Shown: positions 40,134 to 51,209, numbered from the stretch's first letter. The stretch is 64,000 bases of DNA from Prevotella sp. UBA2711 (GCA_002354095.1 DEKX01000037.1:66525-130524), one strand, 5' to 3'. Translations and numbers: made by a program. Notes: generated by a model not told the origin, from the letters alone.

Positions 40134-41353
40134 AGTTTATCATCATAGGCATAACAGACCATCCTCACCCATACTTTCCACCGGAAGTAATGGAAATCAT
40201 CCAGCATGGCAGGGTCTTCTCTGGTGGTAAGCGCCACCACGAGATTGTAGCCCCCTTGCTCCCCACTGGCGCTGAATGGATAGACATCACCGTACCCCTC
40301 GATAGCGTCTTCAACCAATACCTCAGTGTCCCTCTCTTTCGGAGAGGGGGCAGAAGAGAAGTCATCATCTTTGCCAGTGGTGATCCGCTGTTTTTCGGTT
40401 TTGCCAATACCATCCGTCGGAAAATGCCTGATGCTGAATTGGTGGTCTTCCCTACTTTCAACTCGTTGCAACTGTTAGCCCACCGCTTGCTGATACCATA
40501 TCATGACATGCGAATCGTCTCCCTGACGGGACGCCCTTGGCATGAGTTCGACAAAGCGCTGATTCAAAGGACCGGGAAGATAGGCGTTCTGACAGACCGC
40601 GAACACGCCCCTGCTACCATTGCCCAACGCATGTTGGACTATGGATATACCGATTACCAGATGCATGTCGGTGAACATTTGGGGAATCCTGACGAGGAAC
40701 GTGTTACCACCATGAGTTTACAGGAAGCAGCCAAACAACAGTTTCAGCATCCTAACTGTCTGATTCTTACTTCCGACATCAGCCTTCAGACATCCCCCTT
40801 CGGCATTCCCGACCATGAGTTTGCACTCCTTGACGGTAGGGAGAAGATGATTACGAAGATGCCTATCCGTCTGTTGACACTCCAAACCTTGGACCTGCCA
40901 CGGAAACGGGTACTATGGGATATCGGTTTCTGTACGGGCAGTGTCAGTATCGAGGCAAAACTGCAATTCCCCCACTTACAGGTGGAGGCCTTTGAGATTC
41001 GTCCTGAGTGCGAAGCCATCATCCAGGAGAATGCCCACCGTCATGGCACCCCAGGCATCGGCATCCACATCGGCGATTTCCGCACGGTGTGTTGCGATTC
41101 CGTCGCAACACCCGATGCCGTCTTCATCGGAGGCCACGGAGGCCACCTCCAAGAAATCATGGAAAAAGCATTGCACTATATGGCTCCTGGCGGTTGTATC
41201 GTCATGAACAGTGTCAAAGCGCCTCGTGTAACCACCGATAGCGAGCAGCTATGGAATGAGGCTTGCCAAGCATTAGGCCTGCATCAAGAACCTCCCTTGC
41301 ATATACAATTAAATGATCATCATCCTATTACTATACTAAAATGCAGAAGATAG
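40130..41353 (+). CDS. CbiE-CbiT fusion (C5,15-methyltransferase/decarboxylase)
   Basis: FASGDPLFFG, SLTGRPW, MITKMPIR, WDIGFCTGSVSIE. Confidence 0.92.
   Translation: MKFIIIGITDHPHPYFPPEVMEIIQHGRVFSGGKRHHEIVAPLLPTGAEWIDITVPLDSVFNQYLSVPLFRRGGRREVIIFASGDPLFFGFANTIRRKMPDAELVVFPTFNSLQLLAHRLLIPYHDMRIVSLTGRPWHEFDKALIQRTGKIGVLTDREHAPATIAQRMLDYGYTDYQMHVGEHLGNPDEERVTTMSLQEAAKQQFQHPNCLILTSDISLQTSPFGIPDHEFALLDGREKMITKMPIRLLTLQTLDLPRKRVLWDIGFCTGSVSIEAKLQFPHLQVEAFEIRPECEAIIQENAHRHGTPGIGIHIGDFRTVCCDSVATPDAVFIGGHGGHLQEIMEKALHYMAPGGCIVMNSVKAPRVTTDSEQLWNEACQALGLHQEPPLHIQLNDHHPITILKCRR
40330..40358. repeat. Second REP-like hairpin element, in frame in cbiET
   Basis: CCCTCTC-tttcg-GAGAGGG-ggcagaagag; related to 35662-35697. 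Confidence 0.55.
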
Positions 41354-43119
41354 CCATTATCCAAATTAGTGAAGCAGGGGCTGAAGTAGCCAACAGTCTG
41401 CGCAGAGAACTACAAGCAGAAATCATTGAACGTTCCGCTGTCGGCAAACAATGGAAGAAGTTCGATGCCTTTGTGTTCATCGGTGCGATGGGCATTTGTG
41501 TTCGCACCATTGCTCCTTACATCGAAGACAAGCATACCGACCCTGCCGTGGTATGTGTGGACACCTTCGGCAACAATGCCATATCGGTTCTTTCAGGACA
41601 CATCGGAGGAGCTAATAACCTCGCTACTGAGGTGGCTGCCATTCTGGGGGCTCGCCCTGTCATCACCACTCAGAGCGACAATGCAGGACTATGGGCACTC
41701 GATACCTTTGCCGAGCGTTTCCATTGGGCGATTGCCAGTGAGGATGATATGAACGAATGTATTTTTGCTTTCGTGAATCGCCAACCCACTGCCCTGCTGA
41801 TGGAAATATGCGACGAAGGCACTGACTATCTCGAAAAGACACTCCCTGACCATGTCACCGTTGTCAAGAGTCTGGCTGAGGTCGATCCTCAAAAATATAG
41901 TCTGCTCATCATGGTAACGCCCTACAATCTCTGTCCACCTGCTGGTATGTTAGAGTTGCATTTCGTTCCTATGATAGCCTCTCTCGGATTTGGATTGGCT
42001 AACCATCCTGCCGACTATGAGTGCATCTATGATGAGATAGACGAGACATTGAGCAGTATCGGCATTCTGCCCTGCTACAAGCGCTACTGCACCATCGATG
42101 TGAAGGAGGACGAAGAATTCTGTGCCATGCTGGTTGACGAATATGATGAGGAATTGGTGTTCTATACGGCAGAACAACTGGCAAAGGTGCAGGTTCCTAA
42201 TCCCAGCGAGACCGTTCGCAAGCACGTGGGTACTCCCAGTGTCTGTGAGGCAGCTGCTATTCTGGGGGCTAACAACGGAAAACTAATTGTTCCTAAGGTG
42301 AAGGGCAGAAACTGGACTGCTGCACTGGCTATTGATTATAAATATCTCCGTGAACAGAAAGGACATATCGAGATTGTGGGAGCCGGTCCTGGCGACCCCG
42401 ATTTGATATCCGTACGGGGGCGCAAGATGTTGGAACGTGCCGATTTGATTCTGTATGCCGGCAGTCTTGTTCCCAAAGAACTCACTGATTGTCATAAGCC
42501 AGGTGCTATGGTTCGCTCTTCTGCGGATATGACACTCGAGGAACAGTGCTCATTGATGAAACAATATTACGACCAGGGGAAATACATTGTACGCCTACAT
42601 ACTGGCGACCCCTGCATCTTTGGAGCCATTCAGGAACAGATGGCTTTCTTCGACCAGAACAGCATGGAGTATCACATCACCCCTGGCATCTCGTCGTTCC
42701 TCGCTGCCGCTGCAGAATTGCAGAGTCAGTTTACGATTCCAGAGCGTTGTCAGACCATCATCCTGACTCGTGGTGAAGGGCGTACGCCCATGCCTGAAAA
42801 GGAACAGCTCCATCTGTTGGCTAAGAGTCAAAGTACCATGTGTATCTTCCTCAGTGCTGCCATCGTGGATGATGTGCAGAAAGAGCTCTTAATGGAATAT
42901 CCCGAAGACACTCCCGTTGCAGCCTGCTATCATCTGACATGGCCCGACCAGCAGATTTTTCGTGGAAAGCTGAAAGACTTAGCCAAGATTGTTCATGACA
43001 ACCACCTCACCCTCACCACCATGCTGGTGGTTGGTGATGCCATTGACAACCGCCAAGGGCTCTCCGAACTTTATTCCAGTCATTTCTCCCACCTGTTCAG
43101 AAAAGGCAATCCATCATGA
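41341..43119 (+). CDS. CbiG-CbiF(CobM) fusion
   Basis: AMGICVR, SGHIGGAN, TPSVCEAAA; then VGAGPGDPDLI, YAGSLV, RLHTGDP. Confidence 0.94.
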   Translation: MQKIAIIQISEAGAEVANSLRRELQAEIIERSAVGKQWKKFDAFVFIGAMGICVRTIAPYIEDKHTDPAVVCVDTFGNNAISVLSGHIGGANNLATEVAAILGARPVITTQSDNAGLWALDTFAERFHWAIASEDDMNECIFAFVNRQPTALLMEICDEGTDYLEKTLPDHVTVVKSLAEVDPQKYSLLIMVTPYNLCPPAGMLELHFVPMIASLGFGLANHPADYECIYDEIDETLSSIGILPCYKRYCTIDVKEDEEFCAMLVDEYDEELVFYTAEQLAKVQVPNPSETVRKHVGTPSVCEAAAILGANNGKLIVPKVKGRNWTAALAIDYKYLREQKGHIEIVGAGPGDPDLISVRGRKMLERADLILYAGSLVPKELTDCHKPGAMVRSSADMTLEEQCSLMKQYYDQGKYIVRLHTGDPCIFGAIQEQMAFFDQNSMEYHITPGISSFLAAAAELQSQFTIPERCQTIILTRGEGRTPMPEKEQLHLLAKSQSTMCIFLSAAIVDDVQKELLMEYPEDTPVAACYHLTWPDQQIFRGKLKDLAKIVHDNHLTLTTMLVVGDAIDNRQGLSELYSSHFSHLFRKGNPS

Positions 43120-44837
43120 TACTGGTATTTGGAGGAACGACAGAAGGACGCAGGGCGGTGGAGGTGCTGGAGGAAGCAGGTTCACTCTATTATTATAGTA
43201 CCAAGACCGATGAGCAAGAGATTCACATGCATCATGGCATACACTTGGTAGGAGTGCTTGTGCGTGAAGCGATGATTGATATTTGTGAAAAACAGTCTAT
43301 CCGACTTATCATTGACGCTGCCCATCCATTTGCCCAGCATCTCCATCAGACTATTGCCGATGTTGCCGAGTCATTGGCTATTCCTGTTATCAGATACGAG
43401 CGTATCTATCCTCCCCGTGATACTGATGTTGAGTGGATTGATGACTATAGTCAGATTCCTCAGGATATTCATTCCCTATTAGCTACAACAGGCGTTCAGA
43501 GCATCCAGAAACTAAAACCTCTTGAACAACAGGGCATGAAGATCTACTACCGCATCCTGCCCCGTGAATCGTCTATCGATATGGCCTTACAACAAGGAGC
43601 TACCGAAGAACAGTTAATCTACTACGAAGACAGCAGTACCATTGAGATAGATGCTGATGCTATTTTATTGAAAGAGAGTGGTATTTCTGGCGGTTTTATC
43701 GAAAAGGTAAAAGCTGCCAAAGAAAAGGGCATGCGTACTATCGTTTTAAAACGTCCCCAACTCACCATTCCCAGTCCGCTATACTCCATTGTCAACGGCC
43801 CTCATGGGCTACGACGGGCGGTAGAAAGGTTATTGCCTGAGTTTTATCCGCTGAAGAGTGGACTGACTACGGGAACTTGTGCTACAGCGGCTGCTGTGGC
43901 AGCTACGCTCCGACTGCTGCATAACGAAACGCCCTCCGAGGTGCCCGTCCGTTTGCCTGATGGTGAGACCATCCATGTGTCTGTGGGATATGCCGACGGA
44001 TATGCCTATTGTATCAAAGAGGCAGGTGATGATCCTGATGTGACGGACGGCATAGAGGTGAGAGCGATGGTGGAACCGGCAGAGTCTTTTGAGATAAAAG
44101 GTGGCGAGGGGGTTGGTCGTTTCACACTCCCCGGTTTTGATTATCCTCCTGGTGAACCTGCCATCAATAAAGGTCCGCGACAGATGATTCGTGACAATAT
44201 CAAGGAACATGTCAGGGTGACTATTTCAGTGCCCCACGGAGCAGATATTGCCCACCGCACTTTCAATCCCCGACTAGGCATTGAGGGTGGTATCTCCATC
44301 ATCGGTGTGTCAGGCATTGTAAAACCCTTCTCCGAAGATGCTTTCATCGAGAGTATTCGTAAGTGTATGGAGGTGGCTCAGGCCAGCGGTACGGAAAGGG
44401 TGGTCATCAATAGCGGGGCAAAGAGCGAACGGTTTATCAAGGTGAAATACCCTGATCTCCCAGCGCAGGCTTTCGTGCAATATGGCAACTACATCGGGGA
44501 GACCCTGAAGATAGCCAACGAACTCAACATCCCTAAGGTCACGTTGTGCGTGATGATGGGCAAGGCTGTCAAATTGGCTGCCGGTCAGTTGGATACGCAT
44601 AGCAAGAAAACCACCATGGACTTATCCTTCATTCAACAGATGCTCCGAGAATCGGATATTCAGATGGATATCAGTGACATGACACTGGCTCGCGAATTAT
44701 GGGAACGGATACCGGCTCATCAGCTAAACGGCTTTGCATCCACCGTCATCATGCACTGTATGGAGCACTGCCGACCACTGCTTCCCCAAGGAGAACTAAC
44801 GATTTTATTAATAGACGAAAATGGCAAAATATACTGA
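43116..44837 (+). CDS. CbiJ(CobK)-CbiD fusion
   Basis: FGGTTEG, IDAAHPFA, KESG; then GLTTGTCATAA, KEAGDDPDVT, GISIIG. Confidence 0.93.
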   Translation: MILVFGGTTEGRRAVEVLEEAGSLYYYSTKTDEQEIHMHHGIHLVGVLVREAMIDICEKQSIRLIIDAAHPFAQHLHQTIADVAESLAIPVIRYERIYPPRDTDVEWIDDYSQIPQDIHSLLATTGVQSIQKLKPLEQQGMKIYYRILPRESSIDMALQQGATEEQLIYYEDSSTIEIDADAILLKESGISGGFIEKVKAAKEKGMRTIVLKRPQLTIPSPLYSIVNGPHGLRRAVERLLPEFYPLKSGLTTGTCATAAAVAATLRLLHNETPSEVPVRLPDGETIHVSVGYADGYAYCIKEAGDDPDVTDGIEVRAMVEPAESFEIKGGEGVGRFTLPGFDYPPGEPAINKGPRQMIRDNIKEHVRVTISVPHGADIAHRTFNPRLGIEGGISIIGVSGIVKPFSEDAFIESIRKCMEVAQASGTERVVINSGAKSERFIKVKYPDLPAQAFVQYGNYIGETLKIANELNIPKVTLCVMMGKAVKLAAGQLDTHSKKTTMDLSFIQQMLRESDIQMDISDMTLARELWERIPAHQLNGFASTVIMHCMEHCRPLLPQGELTILLIDENGKIY

Positions 44838-45525
44838 TTTGTTCATCGATTACGATGATACCCTCTACGACACCTACGGAAATGCGGTGATAGCCTTAAA
44901 AGAGGCTTTCGAACTCTTCCACTTGGAACGTTATTTCCCTGACCCACAGGTGTTCTATGATGAATATTGGAAAACGAATATCGGTCTTTGGACACAATAT
45001 TCCAAAGGTGAAATCACTCGCGACACACTCATCCTTGAACGATTCCGTCGCCCATTGAGCGTGGGAATGGGCGAAGATGCCACCAAGGAAAAGTGTTTGG
45101 AGATCAGTGATCGCTTCCTCGATTTATGCGCCTCCAAACCTGGGGTGGTCAGCGGTGCCCATGAATTGATGCAATACTTGCAGCGTCGTGGCTATCGGAT
45201 GCACATGTGCAGCAATGGTTTTCACGAGGTACAGTATAAGAAGTTGGAAGCCTCCCACATGCGCGATTATTTCCATACGATTATTCTCAGTGAGGATGCC
45301 GGTGCCAACAAGCCCTCGCGTCTGTTCTTTGACTATGCTTTTAAGATAACGGGGGCTTCGCCAGCCACCACCCTGATGATAGGCGATAATCTACAAACTG
45401 ATATCATGGGAGCGCAGGGTGCCGGACTTGACACCATCTTCTACAACCGTTTTCCTGAGCATGAAAAATCACAGATAGCCACCTATAGCGTGACACGGTT
45501 GAAAGATATCATGCAGATTCTGTAA
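44821..45525 (+). CDS. YjjG-like HAD-superfamily phosphatase
   Basis: FIDYDDTL, SNGF, KP, MIGDNLQTDI. Confidence 0.88.
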   Translation: MAKYTDLFIDYDDTLYDTYGNAVIALKEAFELFHLERYFPDPQVFYDEYWKTNIGLWTQYSKGEITRDTLILERFRRPLSVGMGEDATKEKCLEISDRFLDLCASKPGVVSGAHELMQYLQRRGYRMHMCSNGFHEVQYKKLEASHMRDYFHTIILSEDAGANKPSRLFFDYAFKITGASPATTLMIGDNLQTDIMGAQGAGLDTIFYNRFPEHEKSQIATYSVTRLKDIMQIL

Positions 45526-46563
45526 TTACTCTCCAAAACTCTCCCTGTTTTTCTTCCTAAACAGTACGGCGGCTATCACGGGGGCACCCACCAGTGCCGT
45601 CACACTGTTCACAGGCAGGGCTCCTTCAAACCCTGGCATACGGGCTATGAAGTTGCATACCAATGCCAATGCTGCACCACACAGGGCGGTGGCAGGCATC
45701 AGGATACGATGGTCGGAACTGCGGAAGATACCTCTTGCCAAATGGGGCACTGCCAGACCAATAAACATAATAGGTCCGCAATAGGCTGTTACGATGGCAA
45801 CCAACACTCCCGAACAGATGATAATCAGCATACGTGCCCGTCCTACGTTCAGGCCGAGATTGGCAGCATAGCGCTCTCCCAAAAGCAGCATGTTCATGGG
45901 TTTCACCAACAGGAAACTCAAAGGGATGAGGATGCACATCAGTGCAACGAACAACATCATCTCATCACCCGATACGCGCGAGAACGAACCCAGTCCCCAT
46001 ACTACAAATGATTTCACATCTTCTTCAGGACTGAGGAATTTCAGCACACCGATAATGGCATTAGCCAAATAACCTATCATCACACCGATAATCAGCAGCG
46101 TGACATTGCCCTTTACCTGTCTTGCCACCCATACTATCAGCAGCATCACAGCCAAAGCGCCTACGATAGCAGCTACCGACATAGCGGCATCGCCCAGATA
46201 GCCCAGCCGGCTCAGTGCTACACCGCCTAACCTGCCCGACAGTAATACCACGAAGGCTACTCCCAAGGCTGCACCATTCGAGATACCCAGTACCGACGGA
46301 CCAGCCAACGGATTGCGGAACACCGTCTGCATCTGCAGTCCGCTTACTGCCAGTCCGGCTCCAGCCGCAATAGCTGTCAGCACCTGGGGTAGGCGCGATT
46401 TCCAGATGATGTTCGTCCATATTTCCGATTCACTTTCCCGCCCGATTAATATATTGCAGACATCCCCCACAGGAATCTTGATCGACCCTATCAGCAGATT
46501 GACGATAGCCAATACCACAATCGTCAACACCGTCAGCAATATCAAAAGCAGCGTCCGTCTCAT
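45526..46563 (-). CDS. ABC transporter permease, BtuC/FecCD family
   Basis: SRLP, FRNPLAGP, GPIMFIGLAVPHLAR, LPVNSVTALVGAP. Confidence 0.92.
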   Translation of the reverse strand: MRRTLLLILLTVLTIVVLAIVNLLIGSIKIPVGDVCNILIGRESESEIWTNIIWKSRLPQVLTAIAAGAGLAVSGLQMQTVFRNPLAGPSVLGISNGAALGVAFVVLLSGRLGGVALSRLGYLGDAAMSVAAIVGALAVMLLIVWVARQVKGNVTLLIIGVMIGYLANAIIGVLKFLSPEEDVKSFVVWGLGSFSRVSGDEMMLFVALMCILIPLSFLLVKPMNMLLLGERYAANLGLNVGRARMLIIICSGVLVAIVTAYCGPIMFIGLAVPHLARGIFRSSDHRILMPATALCGAALALVCNFIARMPGFEGALPVNSVTALVGAPVIAAVLFRKKNRESFGE

Positions 46564-47666
46564 TTCAACAACTGATAGAAGGTTGGTTGGTAATCGCTCT
46601 CCACCAGTTCGGGGTGGAAAATAGCCACGAAGTCTTTCAGCAGCACATCGGGCTTCACAGGGGCTATCTCATAATAGGGTGTCTGCTTCATATTGCAATA
46701 GATGACCTTCTTCTCCTTGAAGGCATCAAACAGTTCGTTACGGGGTTCACTGGCTTTCAGCGCCTCATACGAGAAATCGCCAGGATAACTGTTCAGGATG
46801 CGCCAATAGTCAGCATGGGCAGCTAAGGCATACACCTTCTCAAACTCCATATTCTCGCCTCCCGTTTCGTCATCCTTAATCAGATAGTCGGCACCCGCAT
46901 CGCGGAATATCTGTGCCAGATAGTTCTTACCACCCACCGCATGCCAGTTGCCGTAGTGCATCTCGCCGCTGATGATGGTCGGCTTCACGCTCAACTTTAA
47001 ACTGTCAACGCTCAACTTTAAACTTGTATAGCGTTGCTCGATACCTGCAAAGATGTCGTAGGCTTCCTTTTCCTTGCCGATAAACATACCCACGAACTTT
47101 ATCCATTCGGCTTGTCCCAATGGGTCGAGTTCCTGATAGCCTAAATGGGGCACCAGCGTGATACCCGTTTCGCGAATGGCGTCGTAACCGCCTCGCTTGG
47201 AGGGCGAAATAAATATCACGTCGGGATTTGCCGCCAGCACCATCTCTGTATCGAAGTTGCCCTCCATACCTATTTTCACGATGCGCCCGTCCTTCGTCCG
47301 CTTCAGGATATCCTTGTTATAAAGATTCTTCGTACCCGTCAGTCCTTTCACCACATCGTGGGCATCCAGTATGGTGAAGTTCGAGAGTTGCAAGGCAGTC
47401 ATGCAGATGGTACTCTTGATGGGCACCACCACTTTCACGTAGTCTGACGGCACCTCCGTTTCCTCCTGTCTCACCAAGGCGAAGTGATAGTCTTTGCCTA
47501 CATCCACCAGTCGCACACCGGCACTGTCCTTCACCTGGTAACCTGTAGCATAACGGGGCTTCACCAGACTGTCTGCCACCATATCTGTTTCATTCTTTGT
47601 CGCTGTCCCTTGCTGACACGAACAGCATATCACAATCATGGCACAAGCCATCAATAGTTTCTTCAT
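46560..47666 (-). CDS. ABC substrate-binding lipoprotein, BtuF/iron-chelate type
   Basis: Lipobox CCSC; EMVLAANPD, LGQAEWIKF, PDVLLKDF..IFHP. Confidence 0.88.
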   Translation of the reverse strand: MKKLLMACAMIVICCSCQQGTATKNETDMVADSLVKPRYATGYQVKDSAGVRLVDVGKDYHFALVRQEETEVPSDYVKVVVPIKSTICMTALQLSNFTILDAHDVVKGLTGTKNLYNKDILKRTKDGRIVKIGMEGNFDTEMVLAANPDVIFISPSKRGGYDAIRETGITLVPHLGYQELDPLGQAEWIKFVGMFIGKEKEAYDIFAGIEQRYTSLKLSVDSLKLSVKPTIISGEMHYGNWHAVGGKNYLAQIFRDAGADYLIKDDETGGENMEFEKVYALAAHADYWRILNSYPGDFSYEALKASEPRNELFDAFKEKKVIYCNMKQTPYYEIAPVKPDVLLKDFVAIFHPELVESDYQPTFYQLLK

Positions 47667-48631
47667 TATTCCTTGCTTTGAGTTCTAACCATCTTTTCCG
47701 CTTCTGCCCGAGCAGGCTTGCCAGTCTCCGTCAGCGGAATCTTTGCCACATGCAGATACATCCGAGGTTGCCAATAGCGAGGTAACACTTGCTGACAGAC
47801 TTCCTTGACATTCGATACATCTGTTGATTCGGTGAGCAGCACTACCTGTTCACCGAATTTCTTATCTGCCTTTTTGGTAATCAGGAACGGCACTTTCAGA
47901 TGGGCACTGAGCATTCGCTCCACCTCTTCTATCTGTATCTTGATACCCCCAGAACAGACCACATTGTCTTTTCTGCCTTTGATGCGAAACTTCCCATCCT
48001 TTAGTTCTGCGATGTCGTTGGTCACTAAGATGCCCTCATGCACAGCGGGGGCATGAATCACCAGACATTCCTCCTCATTCAGCGACACCTCCACCCCGTC
48101 GAAGGGGGTGTACCATTCACTGCGCTCCGCACCGTTCAGTCGGCGCAGGGCTATGTGCGACAGGGTCTCTGTCATGCCATAGGTACTCCATATATAGTTG
48201 GGCATATCTTTCAGGGCATCAGCCAACTCGTCGCTGATAGCCCCACCTCCTATGATGAGGTGACGAATCTGTCGCAGTCGCTCTGGTGCCTGTTGTACGA
48301 GGTTCCACACCTGCATCGGTACCATCGCGGCAAAATCAATGGCACCTTCCCACTGAGGACACCCTTTCGGCTCTACGCTGATCAGTCGCAATCCGCAAGT
48401 CAAGGCTCTCACCACCATCATTTTTCCTGCGATATAGTCGAGCGACATACAGAGCAGAGCAGTATCGCCCTCCTTCAATCCCAGAAAATCGCAGGTGATA
48501 CGTGCCGAAGCCTCCATGCGTCGTTTCTCCACCTGCATCGGTTTCGGCTTGCCCGTCGAACCGCTGGTATGCACCCAGACCCATGGCTTATCATTATTCC
48601 ACTCTGCTATAAAAGCGTCAAGCGACATCAT
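47666..48631 (-). CDS. menE: O-succinylbenzoate-CoA ligase
   Basis: HTSGSTGKPK, STYGMTET, TNDIA, CSGGIKI, TETGK; follows menC. Confidence 0.9.
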   Translation of the reverse strand: MMSLDAFIAEWNNDKPWVWVHTSGSTGKPKPMQVEKRRMEASARITCDFLGLKEGDTALLCMSLDYIAGKMMVVRALTCGLRLISVEPKGCPQWEGAIDFAAMVPMQVWNLVQQAPERLRQIRHLIIGGGAISDELADALKDMPNYIWSTYGMTETLSHIALRRLNGAERSEWYTPFDGVEVSLNEEECLVIHAPAVHEGILVTNDIAELKDGKFRIKGRKDNVVCSGGIKIQIEEVERMLSAHLKVPFLITKKADKKFGEQVVLLTESTDVSNVKEVCQQVLPRYWQPRMYLHVAKIPLTETGKPARAEAEKMVRTQSKE

Positions 48632-48679
48632 CTGTTACCTATATCTGTTAATATGTTATTATGTCTTAAAAAACAGTTA

Positions 48680-49681
48680 TTATGTCTTTATTACCAGGCG
48701 GTCACCCCGTATTTCCAACGGCATGGGAATATTATCCGTGAAGAGTTGTCCCGTACCCAGTCCTTGTGGCATACGGATATCAGGACCGTATATCTCCTGT
48801 GCCAGTCGGGCAATCGCATAAAGTCCCACATTGCTCTCCAACGCCGATGTAATCCACGAACCGATGCTCATATCACGTGCTATGTCCACCCATTCCCTGA
48901 CGCCCATCATACCACCATGCAACGAGGGTTTCAGTATGATGTAAGCAGGTCGGATGATGTTCAGCAACTGTCGTTTCTGGTCAGGGTCGTTCACCCCTAT
49001 CAGTTCCTCGTCGAGTGCAATACGCAGGGGTGCTTCCCGACAGAGTTCTGCCATGTCCGCCCACTGTCCTGCCTTGATGGGCTGTTCGATGGAGTGCAGC
49101 GCATATTGCGAGAGCAGTTCCAGTTTATACAGAGCCTCGTCAAATTTAAATGCTCCATTCGCATCCACGCGCAGTTCCAGTTCACGAGGTCCGAAGCGTT
49201 CACGAATCTTTTTCAGCAATTCCAGTTCTGCCTCGAAGTCGATGGCACCTATCTTCAGTTTGATACATCTGAACCCCTGTTCCAATTTCTGCTCGATGCG
49301 CTGTTGCATCTCGTCGAACGTACCCATCCACACCAGTCCGTTGATGGGAATGGAGAAGGCCTCGCCCTCCGTATCTTCCTTCTTACATCTTACATCATTC
49401 AGTGCCGTTTCCATACCAAAGAGCATCGAGGGATAGTCGCGCATTGTTTCATAGTCTATCTTCCCTGTTCGCTCCACGTCATCACAGAACGTCCTCAGTT
49501 TCTCACTATAGTCCGGTATGTCGTCACAACTCAACTGAGGCAATGGGGCACACTCCCCCACTCCCTTCCTGTTGCCATCCTCCAAATGCAACAGCCATAT
49601 CTTACGCTCCGTGTACACCCCTCGGCTCGTTCCAGCCGGTTGCTTAAAGTGCAGCACGCGCTCCTCTATCGATATCTTCAT
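48680..49681 (-). CDS. menC: O-succinylbenzoate synthase
   Basis: [36 protein letters not shown]. Confidence 0.92.
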   Translation of the reverse strand: MKISIEERVLHFKQPAGTSRGVYTERKIWLLHLEDGNRKGVGECAPLPQLSCDDIPDYSEKLRTFCDDVERTGKIDYETMRDYPSMLFGMETALNDVRCKKEDTEGEAFSIPINGLVWMGTFDEMQQRIEQKLEQGFRCIKLKIGAIDFEAELELLKKIRERFGPRELELRVDANGAFKFDEALYKLELLSQYALHSIEQPIKAGQWADMAELCREAPLRIALDEELIGVNDPDQKRQLLNIIRPAYIILKPSLHGGMMGVREWVDIARDMSIGSWITSALESNVGLYAIARLAQEIYGPDIRMPQGLGTGQLFTDNIPMPLEIRGDRLVIKT

Positions 49682-50535
49682 GGGATTTTAGGATATTGGT
49701 CGAAATCGGGTTTACGTTTTTCCAGGAAAGCCTTACCACCCTCCTGCGCTTCATCCAGGAAGTAGTAGAGCATCGTCGCATCACCAGCCAACTGCTGAAT
49801 ACCAGCCTGTCCGTCCAGTTCCGCATTCAGTCCTGCCTTGATCATACGCAGGGCAATAGGACTGCGCTCCATCATTTCCTCTGCCCATGCCACACACTCG
49901 TCTTCCAACTGCTCCAGGGGCACCACCTTGTTCACCATACCCATTTCCAGAGCTTCCTGAGCCGTGTACTGTCTGCACATAAACCATATCTCGCGTGCCT
50001 TTTTCTGTCCTACGATACGAGCCAGATAACTGCTTCCGAAGCCCGCATCAAACGAACCCACCTTCGGACCCGTCTGTCCGAAGATAGCATTCTCCGAGGC
50101 AATCGTCAGGTCGCACACCAAATGCAACACGTGTCCGCCCCCAATGGCATAACCGTTCACCATCGCTATCACGGGCTTAGGCAGACGACGAATCTGCATC
50201 TGCACATCCAGCACACTCAGACGGGGCACGCCCTCATCATCCACATATCCGCCGCGCCCCTTCACGTGCATATCGCCACCCGAGCAAAACGCATGTTTCA
50301 CGTCAGCGAGCGATTTACCCTCCGGCACTTCCGACATAGCCCCCGTCAGCAGCACCACTCTGATCTGTTGCATCTCACGGCACATGGCGAAAGCCTGCGA
50401 CAGTTCCAGTGTTGTTTTCGGTGTAAACGCATTCCGGTAGTGCGCCCTATTAATAGTAATCTTCGCAATACCATGATATTCTTCGAAGAGAATTTCCTCG
50501 AATTTCCTAATCTCTTTCCATTCTCGTTGCATCAT
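49678..50535 (-). CDS. menB: 1,4-dihydroxy-2-naphthoyl-CoA synthase
   Basis: [31 protein letters not shown]. Start reassigned to MMQREW at 50535. Confidence 0.96.
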   Translation of the reverse strand: MMQREWKEIRKFEEILFEEYHGIAKITINRAHYRNAFTPKTTLELSQAFAMCREMQQIRVVLLTGAMSEVPEGKSLADVKHAFCSGGDMHVKGRGGYVDDEGVPRLSVLDVQMQIRRLPKPVIAMVNGYAIGGGHVLHLVCDLTIASENAIFGQTGPKVGSFDAGFGSSYLARIVGQKKAREIWFMCRQYTAQEALEMGMVNKVVPLEQLEDECVAWAEEMMERSPIALRMIKAGLNAELDGQAGIQQLAGDATMLYYFLDEAQEGGKAFLEKRKPDFDQYPKIP

Positions 50536-50650
50536 ATCTCTTTTATTTTTAGAATCTATGTGCAAAGGTACAAAAAAAAATCTAATTCTGTCATTTGGCT
50601 CGTTTTTATTCCCCCATTTGGCCATATTCCGTTCTGCCGTTTGTAGAAAT

Positions 50651-50682
50651 ATCCCTGCTAAGCGCCATTGCTTAACAGGGAT
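50651..50682. terminator. Hairpin terminator after the lysozyme-like gene
   Basis: ATCCCTG(c)TAAGC-gccatt-GCTTA(a)CAGGGAT. Confidence 0.6.
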
Positions 50683-50687
50683 TTTCA

Positions 50688-51137
50688 TTACTCATTTAAA
50701 ATTTCCCACGCCCTCGCCACATACGGTGCCAGTTCTTCACGTTGCCGGGTGGTCAGTCCGCACTCCATCGTTGCCATAGCCAGCACGATGTCGCACCACA
50801 CCACCTGCGTTTCCGCCTTCATCGGGGGCAGGGGTGTTTCAGGTGATAGTCCTGTCAGTCGGCACACCGTCTGCACGTAGGCGTTGATCACCCGTTCCCC
50901 TTCAGGGTCCCAACGTGCCACGATCTGCCTGATGGTTCGGCACCCATGCTTATTATAATAAGTACGTAGCAGACAAAGTGCAGCCCTGAATCCATATTCC
51001 ATTGTTTCAAACTGGGCGAAGTTCCTGTCTGTAGATGGCTTCACCTCCCCCTGCCAATTAATTTTCTCACTCTTAATAATATTCAGCGGATTATTGTTCC
51101 GAAGTCCACGTGGAAGTTTATTAATTTTTGTATTCAT
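50688..51137 (-). CDS. Phage-type lysozyme-like protein (RNNNP family, often labelled structural protein P5)
   Basis: [46 protein letters not shown]. Confidence 0.75.
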   Translation of the reverse strand: MNTKINKLPRGLRNNNPLNIIKSEKINWQGEVKPSTDRNFAQFETMEYGFRAALCLLRTYYNKHGCRTIRQIVARWDPEGERVINAYVQTVCRLTGLSPETPLPPMKAETQVVWCDIVLAMATMECGLTTRQREELAPYVARAWEILNE

Positions 51138-51209
51138 AATTTTTCTAATCGTATCTTCAGCACGCTTTCACAAAGCGAAGCGATTGAAAGAATTCTTCAA
51201 TTTTAAATT

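Noticed and set aside
48655-48688. 13-bp direct repeat GTTATTATGTCTT at the menC stop
   Set aside because: Looks like a local duplication of the stop-codon region; no functional evidence.
48038-49765. 575-aa + strand ORF
   Set aside because: Antisense shadow of menC/menE with no recognisable motifs; the same applies to 49696-50646 over menB and most other overlapping track ORFs.
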